In this document: positions 38,673 through 52,222 of the stretch, piece after piece
How the letters are laid out: every line of letters begins with the position of its first letter
Numbering within the stretch: the first letter of the stretch is position 1
NCBI GenBank assembly: GCA_951406725.2
Contig: OX597820.1
Coordinates: 23,436,001-23,500,000, forward strand
Direction of reading: 5' to 3'
Length of the DNA: 64,000 bases
From: Octopus vulgaris
Taxonomy: Eukaryota
Program-made: the position numbers and the translations under genes
The notes under the pieces: generated by a model
The model's input: only the letters and a program-made list of their open reading frames with translations
Told to the model about the DNA's origin: nothing
Database searches by the model: none

Positions 38673-38985
38673 TGGAGGGGCAATGGCCCAGTTGTTAGGG
38701 CAGCCGACTCGCGGTCGTAGGATCGCGGTTTCGATTTCCAGACCGGGCGTTGTGAGTGTTTATTCAGCGAAAACACCAAAAAGCTCCACGAGGCTCCGGC
38801 AGGGGGTGGTGGTGATCCCTTCTATACTGTTTCGCCACAACTTTCTCTCACTCTTTCTTCTGTTGGCCTGCTCGCTTAGCCAGCGGGGTGGCCTCATTTG
38901 AAGGCTAAAACAATGTGAAGCGCATTGTGACCAGCGATGTGTAACAACATCTGATAGCCTGGTCGGTCACGTGATCACGCGATAA
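38673..38985 (+). mobile_element. tRNA-derived SINE
   Basis: ggaggggcaatggcccagttgttagg...ggtttcgatttcc (A/B boxes); multiple copies in the window. Confidence 0.8.
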
Positions 38986-39021
38986 TTAACTCCACTTCCC
39001 CTTTATTTATTGTTTTATATA

Positions 39022-40306
39022 CAGGGTGGGGAAGCAAAATTTACAATATTTTGAGACAGGGATTGAAAGACATTGTATGACCAATTAGTTTATTGAAAGT
39101 CATGAGAATTATTTGCCACAAGAAAATTTACATAACAGAAAATGTTTTTATTCTATGTGTCCTTCTTTCTCAATATCTGCCTTCACACGCTTCCTGAAAC
39201 TTGCGCAAGTGTTCCTCAAATATTCGGGAGACAAAGTCTCCCATTCTTATTTAATAGTATCTTTAAGAGAGTCAACATTACTGTGTGATGTTCAATTGGT
39301 AGCATGTTCTAAAACGCCCCAAATAGCATAGTCCAGAGGGTTTAGATCTGGGCTAGAAGGTGGCCATAAACATGATTCCAAAAAATTGCTAAAGTTGGAT
39401 TTGCAGATCTCTTATATTTTTCTAGCTGTGTGTACTGGAGCACCATCCTGTGTCCATATATAATTACCATCTGGGTAGTTTGCTTTAAGCCATGGCAATA
39501 CCTGGTATCTCAGAGTCTTGTAGTAAGTATTAACATTGATCTTTTCATCAGCTTTGTAGAATTGTATACGCACTTTCTTTCTATCGGACGCCACAACACC
39601 AAAAGCCATAACTTGAGCAGGATGTTTTGTTTTGAATGTCCCCTTAACATCAGCTGTTGATTTTGCAATAAATCTGTCATTTCTGCGGTTCAGAACAGCA
39701 TCGACACTGAAGATCTTTTCATCTGAAAAGATCGTTACAATGGAGGACTTTTTCTTGAACCATGTAATAATTTTCTTGCACTTTTCCAATCTCTTTTCCT
39801 TCATAGCTGTTGTCAACAAGTGTTTTGGTGTTCTTGTGTAAGATGTTAACCTCAAATCATATTTTACTGCATTTCTAATGGTCTTGTTGACTACATCAAG
39901 TTCAATTACCATTTTTCTCATGGATTTGGCTGGATCCTTTAGGATTTTGGATTTGAGAGCTTTAATAAAAGCTTTGGTACATTTTTGTTGATTCCTCCAC
40001 TTCCAGACCTCCTCATAATAGTTTTACTCATAGTCATTCTATTCTTTACATTATAAACAGTCTTTATGGACACTCCAACTATTCTTAAAATCTCCTTTGG
40101 TGTAACGAGTGCATTCAGCAAATCACACACTCTTTGGCATTTGCTTTCCTGATTACTTATCTGGGCAAAAGTTTCTGAAAAGGTAAGGATAATAGTGTTA
40201 GGTATGATTACAAAATGTATATATGCTAGGTTTCAAAACAATTGACTCAGTGGCTGCTGAGAAAAAACAACTTAACGTTCATTGTAAATTTTGCTTCCCC
40301 ATCCTG
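39022..40306 (-). mobile_element. Tc1/mariner DNA transposon (maT/DD37D-like) with pseudogenised transposase
   Basis: 26-bp TIRs cagggtggggaagcaaaatttacaat; TA TSDs; FSDEKIF, TKHPAQVM, QDGAPVH, WPPSSPDLNPLDY in broken frames. Confidence 0.9.
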
Positions 40307-40748
40307 TACAAGTTATAAAACGCCGAGCTCTCAGAATCGGTAGAGTCTTGGTAAACTTGTTTTGCGGTATTTGATTTTGCTCATTACGTTTTTCTGAGGG
40401 CAAATGCCGCTGAGATCGACTTTTCTTTTTTTGGTCCTTTCGGGGGCTCGATAAAATTAAGTATCTGTCAAATGATAGGGTCGATGAAATTGACTAACCC
40501 CGCCTCTCTTCAAATTACTAACCTTTATCATAAATTATTATTTTACGTATTTTGCACTGCGGGACAATCCTATGATCAGCCATCGGCTAGTGATCACTGC
40601 GATTTCCGCACCTTCCGATAGAACTGCTCCTTCCCTCTGGTTCCGAAACAACATTTAGGCTTCCAGAGAATCCCTTGGCCCACTCTATAATATGTTCCAC
40701 CATGCCTTTATCGATACTGACGTCACAAATCACATGCAGCTGTAACTA

Positions 40749-40973
40749 TTGGGGTGTCTGGAAAGTTCGTGCCGATTTTTAAAGGAAAGAAAAAGGTCAA
40801 TAAATACTTGCCATTACATTTTCAATCAACCAAATACGAACTATTTTGTTGCACAATGCGTCTTCATCTTTCCTTTAACTTGAAAATACCCTCTTCCCAG
40901 AACTGAGGTGCCTGGGAGGGTAAGTCGAAAGGTAAGCTACTATAAATCGGCACGAACTTTCCGGACAACCCAA
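40749..40973. mobile_element. mariner-derived MITE/internal deletion derivative
   Basis: TIRs ttggggtgtctggaaagttcgtgccgattt / aaatcggcacgaactttccggacaacccaa; TA TSDs. Confidence 0.85.
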
Positions 40974-41195
40974 TACTTCAATCACTATCTGGCTTTACTA
41001 CAACACGTTGTGTGTGTGTGTGAGTGTAGCAGTTTGATTCAGCTTTGATGAGACGGATATGCTGCTAGCCCACAAAATACTAAGTCGTAGAATTGAGTCA
41101 AATATTTAACATATGTAGTTCCTACCAAATATATTGAGCGCTACTTTCTTTCGCTTGTTCATTCACTCACTTGTGTGTATGGTGTCTATGTATTA

Positions 41196-41595
41196 TATTG
41201 GTTTCAATTTTTGGCAAAAGGTCAGAAATTTCGGGGAATGGGACTATCCGATTACATCGACCCCAGTGATCAACTAGTACATTTTATCGACTTCGAAAGG
41301 ATGAAAGGCAAAGTCGACCTGGTGACATTTGAACTCAGAACATATAGACGAACGAAATACCTATTTCTTTACTACCCACAAGGGACTAAACACAGAGAGG
41401 ACAAACAAGGACAGACAAACGGATTAAGTCGATTATATCGGCCCCAGTGCGTAACTGGTACTTATTTAATCGACCCCGAAAGAATGAACGGCAAAGTCGA
41501 CTTCGGCGGAATTTGAACTCAGAACGTAACGGCGAACGAAATACCGCTTAGCATTTTGCCCGACATGCTAACGATTCTGCTAATTCGCAGCCTTA
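41196..41595 (-). mobile_element. tRNA-derived SINEs (ggcggcgagctggcagaatcgttagc family), two nested or tandem copies
   Basis: aaaggatgaaaggcaaagtcgac...gaatttgaactcagaac core occurs twice. Confidence 0.75.
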
Positions 41596-42570
41596 TCTTT
41601 GTATTGTATGAAAATTATATTTGAATTCTTTTTTTTTTTTTTCCAAGTTTTCTCATACTTTCTTATAAGTATCTTGTAGTTCATCTAGAACGGTGACAAT
41701 GAAGATCTCAAATTCATCAACCACATTTCTAGGCCTTTAACGATCTCACTTTCTCTGTTATTTAGCCCCGGGTCAGTTCTGAACGAAGACATATGCTCAA
41801 AGGTAAACATGAACATCCTCCACCTTTTCTTCTCTTTTCTCAGGCATCATGTATACAGGACTGCTATATCGCTTTTTCAGAACGAGCTAAAATGCGGTCT
41901 TAAGGAGATGGTGTTATTAAAGCGAGAAAAGTTTTCGATGAAACCTTTCCAAGAGACAAGGTCAAGTCGAATGAAATCCTAGGTCTCCAGACGTGACACC
42001 CCCTTGATTTTTTTCTTTTGATTTTTTTTCCCTGGAGCTATCTGAACAAGTAGTTCACACAATTCAATCCTTTTATCAATACACTGAAAGGGAAAATCAA
42101 ATTCATTTGTGATAACATCTAAAGCAGGTTCAAAGATCGTGCAGTCGAAACAGTTATATTATTGAGAGGTTAAAGGTCACCGGTTTAAGTATTTGCTGTC
42201 ATTTACGATATTTAAATCAATTCTTTTTTAAAGTTCTCTTTCCATGAATCCAAACTCCAGGTCACCCTATGTGTGTGTCTGTGTGCTTGTATATATATAT
42301 GTACGCGTGTGAACATACATATACAAATGTATGGGCGTATTTATGCTTACAGCATGCATGTTCTTGTACATGTGTATTAAGGGTGTTCGAAATGTTATAT
42401 CCTGATTCCACATACTGCTTGGTGTGAGAAAGAAAATAACAATTTTAAAAAGTACGCGACCACCCCTAACCTCACCCATACATCTAATTCTGCGTTTTGA
42501 ATACAGAAAATGTAAGGAACTGTAAACTTGTTTTAAGGTATTTAACTTTGTACTGGTTAAATATTACCCA

Positions 42571-43094
42571 CCGTAAATCATCGAGTATAGTCCGTCTTTG
42601 AGTATAACACGCAGGGGATTTTTAGGTGGTTGTACCTCTGAAAAACCTAAACCTTGTGCATAATACGCACCCCTTCTCTAACTTGAGTCGTGCGTAATTA
42701 AGCCAGCAGCACCTAGTCGAGGAGAAACACTTCTGCGCATGCGTAATACAATAATGGTGATGTTCTTACCTGTTACATGGGAATGTAAATATGTTTGCAA
42801 ATTGATTTTTTTACATGTTATTCTGTGTTCTGAATACTTTTATTTTAATAAATGTTGCTTACTGCAAGTTGTGGATGATTCTTTTATGACTTCATTGCTT
42901 TCAGGCTTAGCTTAAGGTATTTTCGCTCTTGACATCACAAAATGCGTCTGAATAAACATTGCCGGACAGCAAATAGAGACTCGGACATTGCTTAGAAAAT
43001 ATTTTTCATTTTTAACCTCGTATATAATACGCACTAGGGGTTTTGACCATTAAATTTTTTGGGGGAAATGCGGATTATACTCGAGGATTTATGG
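42571..43094. mobile_element. pogo/Tc2-like MITE
   Basis: TIRs ccgtaaatcatcgagtatagtccg / cggattatactcgaggatttatgg, with internal tataatacgcac sub-repeats. Confidence 0.65.
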
Positions 43095-43544
43095 AATATA
43101 ACTTTTTATAAATAATATGCAACCCCTCCCTCCCCCACCTGAAAAAAACAGTTATTGGAATCTTTATTTACTTATATAATTTGTATCAATTTTTTTAATT
43201 AAAAAAAGCCTAAATTACGAAAAGCACTTTCAACGTTAAAAAAAAATGTGAATTCGTAATGACTATTATGATATGCAATAAAAAAAAAACTATGCGCGAA
43301 CCTCAAACGAAATACATGAACAGTGAACACCATAAAATACGCATTAATAGTATTTGCTATTTAGTTAAATGACCATTGTCTTTTGCAGTCAATGCGTGGT
43401 AAACTTTGTCTAGATTTCTGTACATTTAATATGAATTTGTGCCTATTTTCGTCGCCTATTCTGACTTCAGAAGCTTTTGTTACTAAATTGATAGCATGCG
43501 CGACTCCTTGGCTATGACAGGGAAGAGGTATTGCTGTTAATGCT

Positions 43545-43902
43545 GTTGAGCGAAGCGGTCTTCGTGGGAGAAGTCCGAAACGTGCTCCTTTGCTATTCGT
43601 AAGACCCACAGAAGAGAAAGCAGGTCAACCCCCGACACCGAGAGCATTCACGGATGGATGAATGCGCATCCAGGCTCAGCGGTTGCGTAGGAAGTCGGGG
43701 ACAAGAAACAGGAAGAAAGAGTGAGAGAAAGTTGGAGCGAAAGAGTACAACAGTTGTCGCCACCACCCTCTGCCGGAGCCTCGTGGAGCTTTAGGTGTTT
43801 TCGCTCAATAAACACACACAACGCCCGGTCTGGGAATCGAAACCACGATCCTCCGACCGCGAGTCCGCTACCCTAACCATTGGGCCATTGCGCCTCCACT
43901 TC
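43545..43902 (-). mobile_element. tRNA-derived SINE with 13-bp TSD
   Basis: TSD tgctgttaatgct at 43532-43544 and 43903-43915. Confidence 0.85.
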
Positions 43903-44189
43903 TGCTGTTAATGCTTCTGAACGAGCTTTAAAAAGATCAACACTTGTAAAGGTCCGTAAAACTAGAGCGATGTTATAACTTACTTTTCCCAGTTAATCAA
44001 ATCAACATAATCCTGTGCTTGGCAGCTTGAAATTTCTTAATTCTTCACGGGGCATTCGGGGAAAAGTTCATGCTTTAATAATTCGCTGAATTGCTCCTTC
44101 TCTAATTTGTCTTCTTCCATCATTTAGCGTAGTCAGTAAAATATTCTCCGGATAAGCAAAATACGAATTTGTTTTTAACGATTTCTCCA

Positions 44190-44572
44190 TAGGCTGTGTG
44201 GTAAGTAGCTTGCTTAACAACCACATGGTTCCGGGTTCATTCCCACTGCGTGGCACCTTGGGCAAGTGTCTTCTACTATAGCCTCGGATCGACCAAAGCT
44301 TTGTGAGTGGATTTGGTAGATAGAAACTGAAAGAAGCCCGTCGTGTATATGTATATATATATGTGTGTATATGTTTGTGTCTGTGTTTGTCCCCCCACCA
44401 TTGCTTGACAACTGATGGTGGTATGTTTACGTCCCTGTAACCTAGTGGTTCAGCAAAAGAGCTGATAGAATAAGTACTAGGATTACAAAGAATAAGTCTT
44501 GGGGTCGATTTGCTCGACTAAAGGCGGTGCTCCAGCATCGCCGCAGTCAAATGACTGAAACAAGTAAAGAGT
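44190..44572 (+). mobile_element. tRNA-derived SINE (gtgtcttctactatagcc family)
   Basis: ggctgtgtggtaagtagc...ggttcattccc head, internal (TA/TG)n, end aaatgactgaaacaagtaaaga; other copies at 55296-55745, 56050-56288 and 63460-63832. Confidence 0.85.
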
Positions 44573-45288
44573 AACTTCTTTATGATCTTGGTTCCTATCT
44601 TGTATTAGATGTCCCATATACCAAAAATTACTTGCTCCCTCATGTAACTTTGGGTGAGATTTAATCCAGAACCAGCTTGGAGCATAAACTTGCGTTATGA
44701 CTTTAGCAAAATCCATAATATTCTTTTGGGGATTTTTTTCCAAAACATAAATGAAGAATCTATTTGCACGAGTTAACCACCTTGCATAATGGATTTTACC
44801 AGGCGATCTTGCTGCTAACTGCTCAGAAACAAACCCTGTCTCAATATTGAGCACATTTCATGCAGATATTTTTGATCTGAGCTTAAAGTATCAACGACTC
44901 CTAATGGCAATTCCTTCCCTTCAATTTTTACTGGAGAAAATTTGATTATTGCATCTTCTTTAATTTGATTGTTACATCTTTAATTTTATTGCCAATTAAG
45001 CATTTTTATGTTCGTGACCCTGTTGTTTTCCCATCTGTGGATTCAAATACGCGTCGAAATGGAAGCTCATTTGTATGTAGCCGGCATATAGCCACTGAAG
45101 TGGTTTATTTAAATATAATTCAATTATTTTAATTACTCTTCCGAAATGACCAGTGTTTACTGGAGTGCCATCGCATAATAGACACAGCTTTTAAATTTTT
45201 CTTGACTGTCAGAATCAGTTTTAATCCTTCTTGACTGTCAGAATCAATTAAAAAAAGTGATTTCTTCTGCAATGCTGTTCCATTACCT

Positions 45289-45540
45289 CTTGTGAAAGGT
45301 AGAAGAGTCCAGTTGGCTGGACATTGTTGTAGAGCTGAAAACGAGGTAATTTCTACTCTTCTCCTCTGGAAGCCATCTGCTCGCGATACCAGAAGGCGCA
45401 CACTCTCCTACCCTGATGTAATCTCTAGGGATACAGGCATCCAGCAACAGGACCTCTGTAATGCTATGATGGACCGTGAAGTCTGGCGTAACATAGTAAA
45501 TTCCATTATCTCGATCACGGTCGAACAATGATGATGATGA
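45289..45540 (+). mobile_element. RTE-type LINE 3' fragment with (TGA)n tail
   Basis: RRVQLAGHCCR...LLLWKP...MMDREVWR; short attacc duplication at the flanks. Confidence 0.7.
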
Positions 45541-46014
45541 TTACCAGGAGAAACGGGATCTAAATACTCATCACCGGACTCTTTCACAATAACATAGTGC
45601 TCTTCACTTTCCACCCCTCTTGCTGTTTTAATTTCATCCTTTCTGCCATCAAAACCGATGCAGTCAAGCTTTGTATTTTCCGTTTTCAATTTTATGATAT
45701 TGTTTTTTTCCAACGCTTTTTCTTTTTCTTTCAACTCTTTTTTTTTTTATAGCATATTTGTATCCCTTAAAATTCCCATGTCTCTCAAAGCTACATTAAC
45801 AATGGCAGAAGCAGCTCTGCAACTTACCCGATATCTGTCTGCTGTGATGGCTAGATTTTCATAAGTTTGGTTGATTTTTCTCTCAGTTCATTGTCAGGAA
45901 CAAAGTCGATGTCATCTTCATCATTGTCACACGAGTCATAACTATCTTCATTAATATCACTTGGGCACTGATAACCAGTTGAAGCAACGTCCATGTCTAA
46001 GCGCACCAATCAGT

Positions 46015-46135
46015 AATCCATTGCTGCATTGTGTCCAGGTCTGATTGCAGGAAGGATCTACACTGTACAGAATCTGTTCTTTTTATCTCAAGGTACAGCT
46101 TGATGTCATCTGCATAGTTCAACACCGCAATCATG
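46015..46135 (-). mobile_element. CR1-like RT fragment
   Basis: Minus strand reads LNYADDIKLYLEIK...LQSDLDTMQQW. Confidence 0.6.
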
Positions 46136-46136
46136 G

Positions 46137-46365
46137 ACGTACGTACGTATGTACGTTGTACGTACGTATGTTGTACGTACGTATGTATGTTGTACGTACG
46201 TATTTATGTACGTACGTATTTATGTATGTACGTATGTATGTATGTATGTATGTACGTATGTATGTACGTATGTATGTACGTATGTACGTATGTACGTATG
46301 TACGTATGTATGTATGTATGTATGTATGTATGTACGTACGTATGCATGCATGCATGTATGTATGT
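46137..46365. repeat. (TACG)/(TATG) tetranucleotide repeat
   Basis: Direct reading of the sequence. Confidence 0.9.
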
Positions 46366-47021
46366 AAGAAAAAAAGAAAATGACTTGCTCCGGGGTTACT
46401 TGCTCTTAAACATATTACATAAGCCGATTGGGTCATGTAACAGTATGTTAAGGGCAAATATATCAGGAGAGACGGGGAAGAGAGGGAAAAAAAGATAAGG
46501 GAGAGAGATAGAAAGTGAGAAGGAAATAGAAAAAGACAGAGGAGGAATAGATAGAAAAGAAAAGAGCGGGTAAATAGAGAAATTGAGGCAACCCCCAAAA
46601 GACAATTAGATGAAACGATCAGTAGTGATCTGCCGGTACAACAAATGTTACAAGAAGTTACTATTTTCACTGTTTTTTTTCTTTTTTTCTTTTATCTGTG
46701 AATTTATTTTGTATACTGTTGTTAAATAGTTACCTCATTACCACTTGTTTTTTTTTTGTTTTTTTATCTTTTACTTGTTTCAGTCATTAAACTGTGACCA
46801 TGCTGGGGCATCGCCTTGAAGCGCGAATCGACTCCAGTAATTATTTTTTGTAAAGTCTAGAACTTATTGTATCTGTGTGTTTTGCCGAGCAGCTAAGTTA
46901 CAGGGACGTAAACATATCAACAGTCAAACAGTGGTAGTGCACACACACACACACACACATACGATGGGCTTCTTTCAGTTTTCTATTTCTATATTGCCCC
47001 ACAAGGTGCTAAACATAGAGG

Positions 47022-47954
47022 GGATCTTTTCTTTTTGAAGGCCAGATTTTCCTAGTTAACTAAGCAATTCGAAACTTCGTATACTGGTAGAATGTGTCAA
47101 AAGAAAACATTATTGTAAACAAAATTTAAAACAAAATTGTAATTCGTAACTTAAACGTAGTTTAATTTTAAGAATGAAATCGCAGCATTCGAGCTCAAAT
47201 TATTTACCTCTTCTTCTGTTTTCTACATGTGCTAGAAATAACAGCTATATCTCTTAAATCGATTAATTTCGTCGCCCAATAAAAATATTAACGATATTTT
47301 TTGAATATTTTCTTTCTTTTTTTTTACCGAAAAGGCTTCTCCCATGGTTTTGAAGGGCCAGAAACAACAAAAACAAAACAATAATATGCCTAAATCGGTC
47401 TCGAGTTTGCACGTGGAGTGTTAGTAGTATTGTAAAAATTTGCGAAATATTTTTTCATAAAAGGATGCCCCCAGCTTGTCGGAAGGTGTGATATAAATTG
47501 GGAAAAAAATCCTCGACACCAGTGCGTAATTGGTACTTAATTTATCGACCCCGAAACGATGAAACATTGACCCCCCCCCTTCTGTGCAAATTTGTTGCGG
47601 CAAGTGGCAAAACACGAACGTGTATTTTTGCTTGTGTGCGTATGTGTGTGTATGTATATGTCTGTTTGTATGTATGTGTACGCTTATATATTAATTACTA
47701 TGTGCTTGTGCAAATGTGCGTGTGTGTGTGTGTCGTGCGTCTGCTATATTTCTTTATCAATATCGATAACGCAGCAATGTTGGTATTTCATTGGTTAAAA
47801 TTCGTAAAAATTAAACTACGTTTAAGTTACAAATTACAATTTTGTTTTCAATTTTGTTTACAATAATGTTTTCTTTTGACACATTCTACCAGTATACGAA
47901 GTTTCAAATTTTTTAGTTGACTAGGAAAATCTGGCCTTCAAAAAGAAAAGATCC
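47022..47954. mobile_element. MITE with ~150-bp TIRs and 8-bp TSD (Merlin- or Mutator-like), inserted into a SINE
   Basis: 47022-47170 is the imperfect reverse complement of ~47805-47954; GG...CC termini; TSD catagagg at 47014-47021 and 47955-47962. Confidence 0.8.
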
Positions 47955-48723
47955 CATAGAGGGGACAAACAAGGACAGACAAATGGATTAAGTCGATTAC
48001 ATCGACCCCATTGCGTAACTGGTACTTAATTTATCTACGCCGAAAGGATGAAAGGCAAAGTCGACCTCGGCGGAATTTGAACTCAGAAAGTAAAGACAGA
48101 CGAAATACCACTAAGCATTTCGGCCGGCTGGCTAACGTTTCTGCCTGCTCACCGCTTCTTTCAGTTTCCGCTCACAAGGCTTTGGTCGACCCAAAGTGCA
48201 ATGTAGTGTGACTGAACCTGGAACCATGTAGTTAGGAAGCAAACATTTTACCACAATGCCACGCCTGAGCCAATCGTTACTTTAAGTAATTTCTTTTTTT
48301 TTTATTTATTCTGTTTAAGGCAGCGAGCTTACCGAATCGTTAGCAAATTCCACCAAGGTCGACTTGCCTTTCATTCTTTCGGGGTCGATGTAACAAAGTT
48401 CAGACCTTGTGCCTATAGCAGAAAGGATTATTATAACTATTAAGGCGGCGAGCTGGCAGAATCGTTAGCACGCCAGACAAAATGCTTAGCAGTATTTCAT
48501 CCATCCTTACGTCCTGAGTTCAAATTCTGCCGAGGTCGATTTTGCCTTTCGTCCTTTTGGGGTCCATAAAATAGGTAAAAGTTGAGCACTGGAGTAGAAA
48601 TAATATATTTACTCCCTCCTCCGAACTTGCTGGCCTTGTGCCAAAATCAAAAACCGATATAAACACCCCCGTTTCAACTGATTTAAAAAGTGATTTGAAT
48701 AAAAACGATATCTCAAAACATAA

Positions 48724-51644
48724 CACTGGACAACAAAAGAAGATTCATTGTCTGCTACCCAGACAAATGGTGCTGTACCAAACTAAATCGAGTACGTTGA
48801 TTCCGAATCTGAACTCAGAATTGTTATAGCACGTCAGGATTTTGAGTTATGCGCATAATTATATACTAATACCATATTAGAATCAGGAATAGTTAAGTTC
48901 AAGGTAAATAATTATTATAATAGTATATTAGTACTGTACATAGTAAATTTATGTTCAAGGCAAATAGTATTATGATATAATGGTACATAGTATATTTATG
49001 TTAAGGGAATGCTCACTTTATTTTTGATATGCTCAGCTCACAAATGTTTGAGATACTTGCTCTTGCGTTTATGCGTCGTGCTGGTCCCCCGTTGTAGGAA
49101 CCAGCAGTAGTCACCAATCATGTGTGGATTGAACTGGCCTTGATACCTCGTTTCCATTTCAGATTATGTCCTAGTGGTACCTCTCACCATGCTCGTCATT
49201 AACGACACCGTGATTTGTTCGAAAAAATCGAGACGAGAATGCAAGAAATGCTTTTTAAGGGACATTCGGCATCCCATTATTTCATACGCTGTTAGCATGT
49301 TGCTTATTAAATTAGCATAGTTTTCAGCTCTATGATTTCAAAGAAAGTTCTGCACAACTAATACGAATGAATCCTAAGCCGTCAGCTCAACTGGATTCAG
49401 TTTACCTCTGAATTTGTTATCAGATGCCAATTCTCTGATCTCGGGTCCAATGAAAATGCCTGCTTTCAGTTTTGCGTCACTTTTCTCTGCACCAAATTTT
49501 ACTTTTAGGTACTGGATGCCATAACCATCGTATGACATTGCTTTTACAAAGTTTTTCATGAGGCTGAGTTTAATGTGAAGGGGTGGAAGGAAGATCTTTT
49601 GCGGGTCTACCAGTGGCATATGCTGCACATTGTACCGACCAACCATGCGCTCATCTCTTTTAGGCCAGTCTTTTACAGTGTAATGGTTGCTGCCATCGCA
49701 ACTGCTCCAAACACACAAGAAGCACATATTTTTGGTACATCCCAGCTGCAGTCCTAGGAGGAGGGAAATCACCTTTAAATCACCACAAATATTCCACTTA
49801 TGAACTGAGTAATTGACTCCTTTCAGAATGAGTTCCATCGATTCATAAGTTTATTCCATACCGACAACTGGACCCACAGGAATGGAAGGTTTTTTCATTA
49901 CCATTATGTAACAACACAGCTTTGAGGCTAACCTTACTCGAGTCTATAAACATTCTCCATTCGTTAGCCACATGCACGTGTCCTAGTTTTTGCATGAGTG
50001 CATTAGCATCAGTACAGAAACAAGCATTATTTTCTTGCTTGAAAAAGACAGATAATTCTTTACGGCGAGGACGGAAAATGGAAATTTTCGTACTTTGTTG
50101 TAGGAGATTCCGTTGTTGTAGTTTGGATCCCAAAACTTCTGCCCTCTCTTTTGACAATGCTAGGTCTCTTGCTAAATCGTTCAAATGTTCTTGATTAAAC
50201 AAGCGTGACTCATTTTTCTTAGAATCAACTTCGTACTCTTCGTCGATAGGAGAGTCAGGGGGTTCATTGTGCGACGTGTCACGATTTACAAGTGAAGCAT
50301 GTGAGAGGGGAACTGGAACGGGGTTCTCGAAGTCTTGTGGGACCGGTTTTAGAGCCGACTTACAATCCGCATACACAATTTTTACTTTGTCTTCTTTGAG
50401 AAACCACTAATATTAGTCATGCAAAAGTAACAATCAGAGACATGGTTGGTTAGCTCACGCCATACAATTGGTACAGCAAAAGGTATTCCCTTCCTTTCAA
50501 AAAACTTCCACGAAGGCAAACTGGCACAGTTTTTACAAATAACTGAGAATAATACAGTTCTCAAATCAAATTAATTTGGAGGCGATACACGCCTCCAAAC
50601 AGCAGTTTAATAGACTCCTTCCCCAAAGATACCAACAGATTTATGCTAAATTGGCCCGACTTGGAGCCGTCCAGGTGTTTAGCTGAAGCGAGAAGTCTGG
50701 TCGGGCAGGAAGATTGTTTCATTGATCCATAAATGCACTTGTGTAAGAGGTTTATTGCCTCACAATGGCTTTGTATGTCGTAAATGTAAGAGGTCTATTC
50801 CTCCTTAATGTGTTATTATGTAAGAGGTTTGTAGCCTCATATGTTTTATAAAGAACAATGTGCTCGGGTAATCAGCAATCGGCGGGCGTTTCTGTTGCCC
50901 TCATTATTACCATATCGTCAATCATTCCATCTCATTATGTCCGTGTCCAGCCCGTAGCTTCCTTTCTTTGTAAGGCCCTTGTGGCCAATTAAATTAATAA
51001 AAGGCATTCCCTTCTATTTTCCATTCAGCCACTGTGTTAGCCCTGAGTAACACACGGTGCAGCATATATGAGGTGCCCACCTCTTGTCTTGGTCCCCAAC
51101 TTTACACCCGAAATAATATTTATAGGCAGTTTTTAATTTGGTGGCAATGTTCATCCGCTGGTCATGCGGAACAAATTTTCCACAGACATAACAAAAGTTA
51201 TCTGGGTGATTCACACAGCCTCTCCTATTCATGATCTAACACAATGAACACGGTTTAAACAGTAATCACGCAGAGCGAGAGAGACACATACCACACGTGA
51301 CGGCAGCGCAAGCGACACTGAGAGTTACCAAGACATATTTGGTATTGCACACAATACGCCAGCGCCACCTATTGCTAAACTAAATAATGAACTTTCTCAT
51401 CGTTTGTTTTATTGCTGTTATTTCTTTAATTTCGAATTAAGACCACTTTCATTTTAGCACATTTTATAAAATGTTATACTACGGCCTATATCTAGCCGAA
51501 AGTATACTTATAATCTTGCGCATGCGCATAACTCAAAATCCTGACTTGCTAAAACAATTCTGAGTGCGAATTAGGAATCAGCATCTTCGATTTAGTCTAA
51601 AACACCTGCTTTTACCCCAGTAGCAAAATCTTTGTTGCCCAGTG
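48724..51644 (-). mobile_element. Chapaev3-type (CMC) DNA transposon with both ends and pseudogenised transposase
   Basis: CACTGG...CCAGTG termini; 3-bp TAA TSD (48721-48723, 51645-51647); FCYVCG, DQDKRWAPHICC, DCYFC, FIDSSKVSLKAVLLHNGN, GDLKV, PPLHIKL, DAKLKAGIFIGP motifs. Confidence 0.85.
50494..50998 (+). mobile_element. 5'-truncated non-LTR retroelement-like insert inside the Chapaev transposase
   Basis: 16-bp TSD aaaagg(t/c)attcccttc at 50478-50493 and 50999-51014; A-rich 3' end. Confidence 0.65.
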
Positions 51645-52222
51645 TAATGTAACCCTTACTCTAAACCTTAACTTTAAACCTAAATCATGACCCTCACCTT
51701 TGGATTTGTTTCGTTGACTAAAAAAAAAATAAATAAATAATGGCTTTTAATGTAGAAAGAAAGCCAGTAATTTTGAAGGGAGAGGATTAGTCGATACGAT
51801 GGACTCTAGTATTTGACAGGTACTTTGTTTTATTGGCCTCGAAAGGATGAAACATGAAGTTGACTTCGGCAGTATTTGAACAAAAAATGTAAAAACTTGG
51901 AACAAAATATCTCAAAGCATATTTTCTGTCTAACGATTCTGCCTATCTAATGAAAAAAAAAAAAAAAACTCATTTCGCATTTTCTGTTTCAGAGCTTAAA
52001 ATGTTGGGTATCCAAACCGAGGATGCAAAGACAGGCAGAATGAAATACCACAAGGACGACGCTTTGCCGAGTTTGCTAATCAACTCACTTTTAACAATAA
52101 TGGTAATAATGATTTCAAATTTTGGCACAAGGCCGGCAGTTTTAGGTGGGGAAGTAAGTCAATTACATCGACTCCACTATTGAACTGCTACTTTATTTTA
52201 TTGACTCCTAAAGGATGAAAGG

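Larger units (their letters stand above)
43361..45990 (-). mobile_element. Degenerate hAT-like DNA transposase remnant interrupted by two SINEs and an RTE fragment
   Basis: CIGFDGRKDE, EEHYVIVKE, LHTNELPFRR, HYARWLTRANR, VYAPSWFWIK, PCHSQGVAHAINLVTKAS in order on the minus strand; subgroup not determined. Confidence 0.65.

Noticed and set aside
38673-38750. tRNA-like sequences at SINE heads (also 43830-43898, 44190-44250, 48443-48535, 52223-52300)
   Set aside because: They have A/B boxes but no complete cloverleaf and continue into SINE bodies; not tRNA genes.
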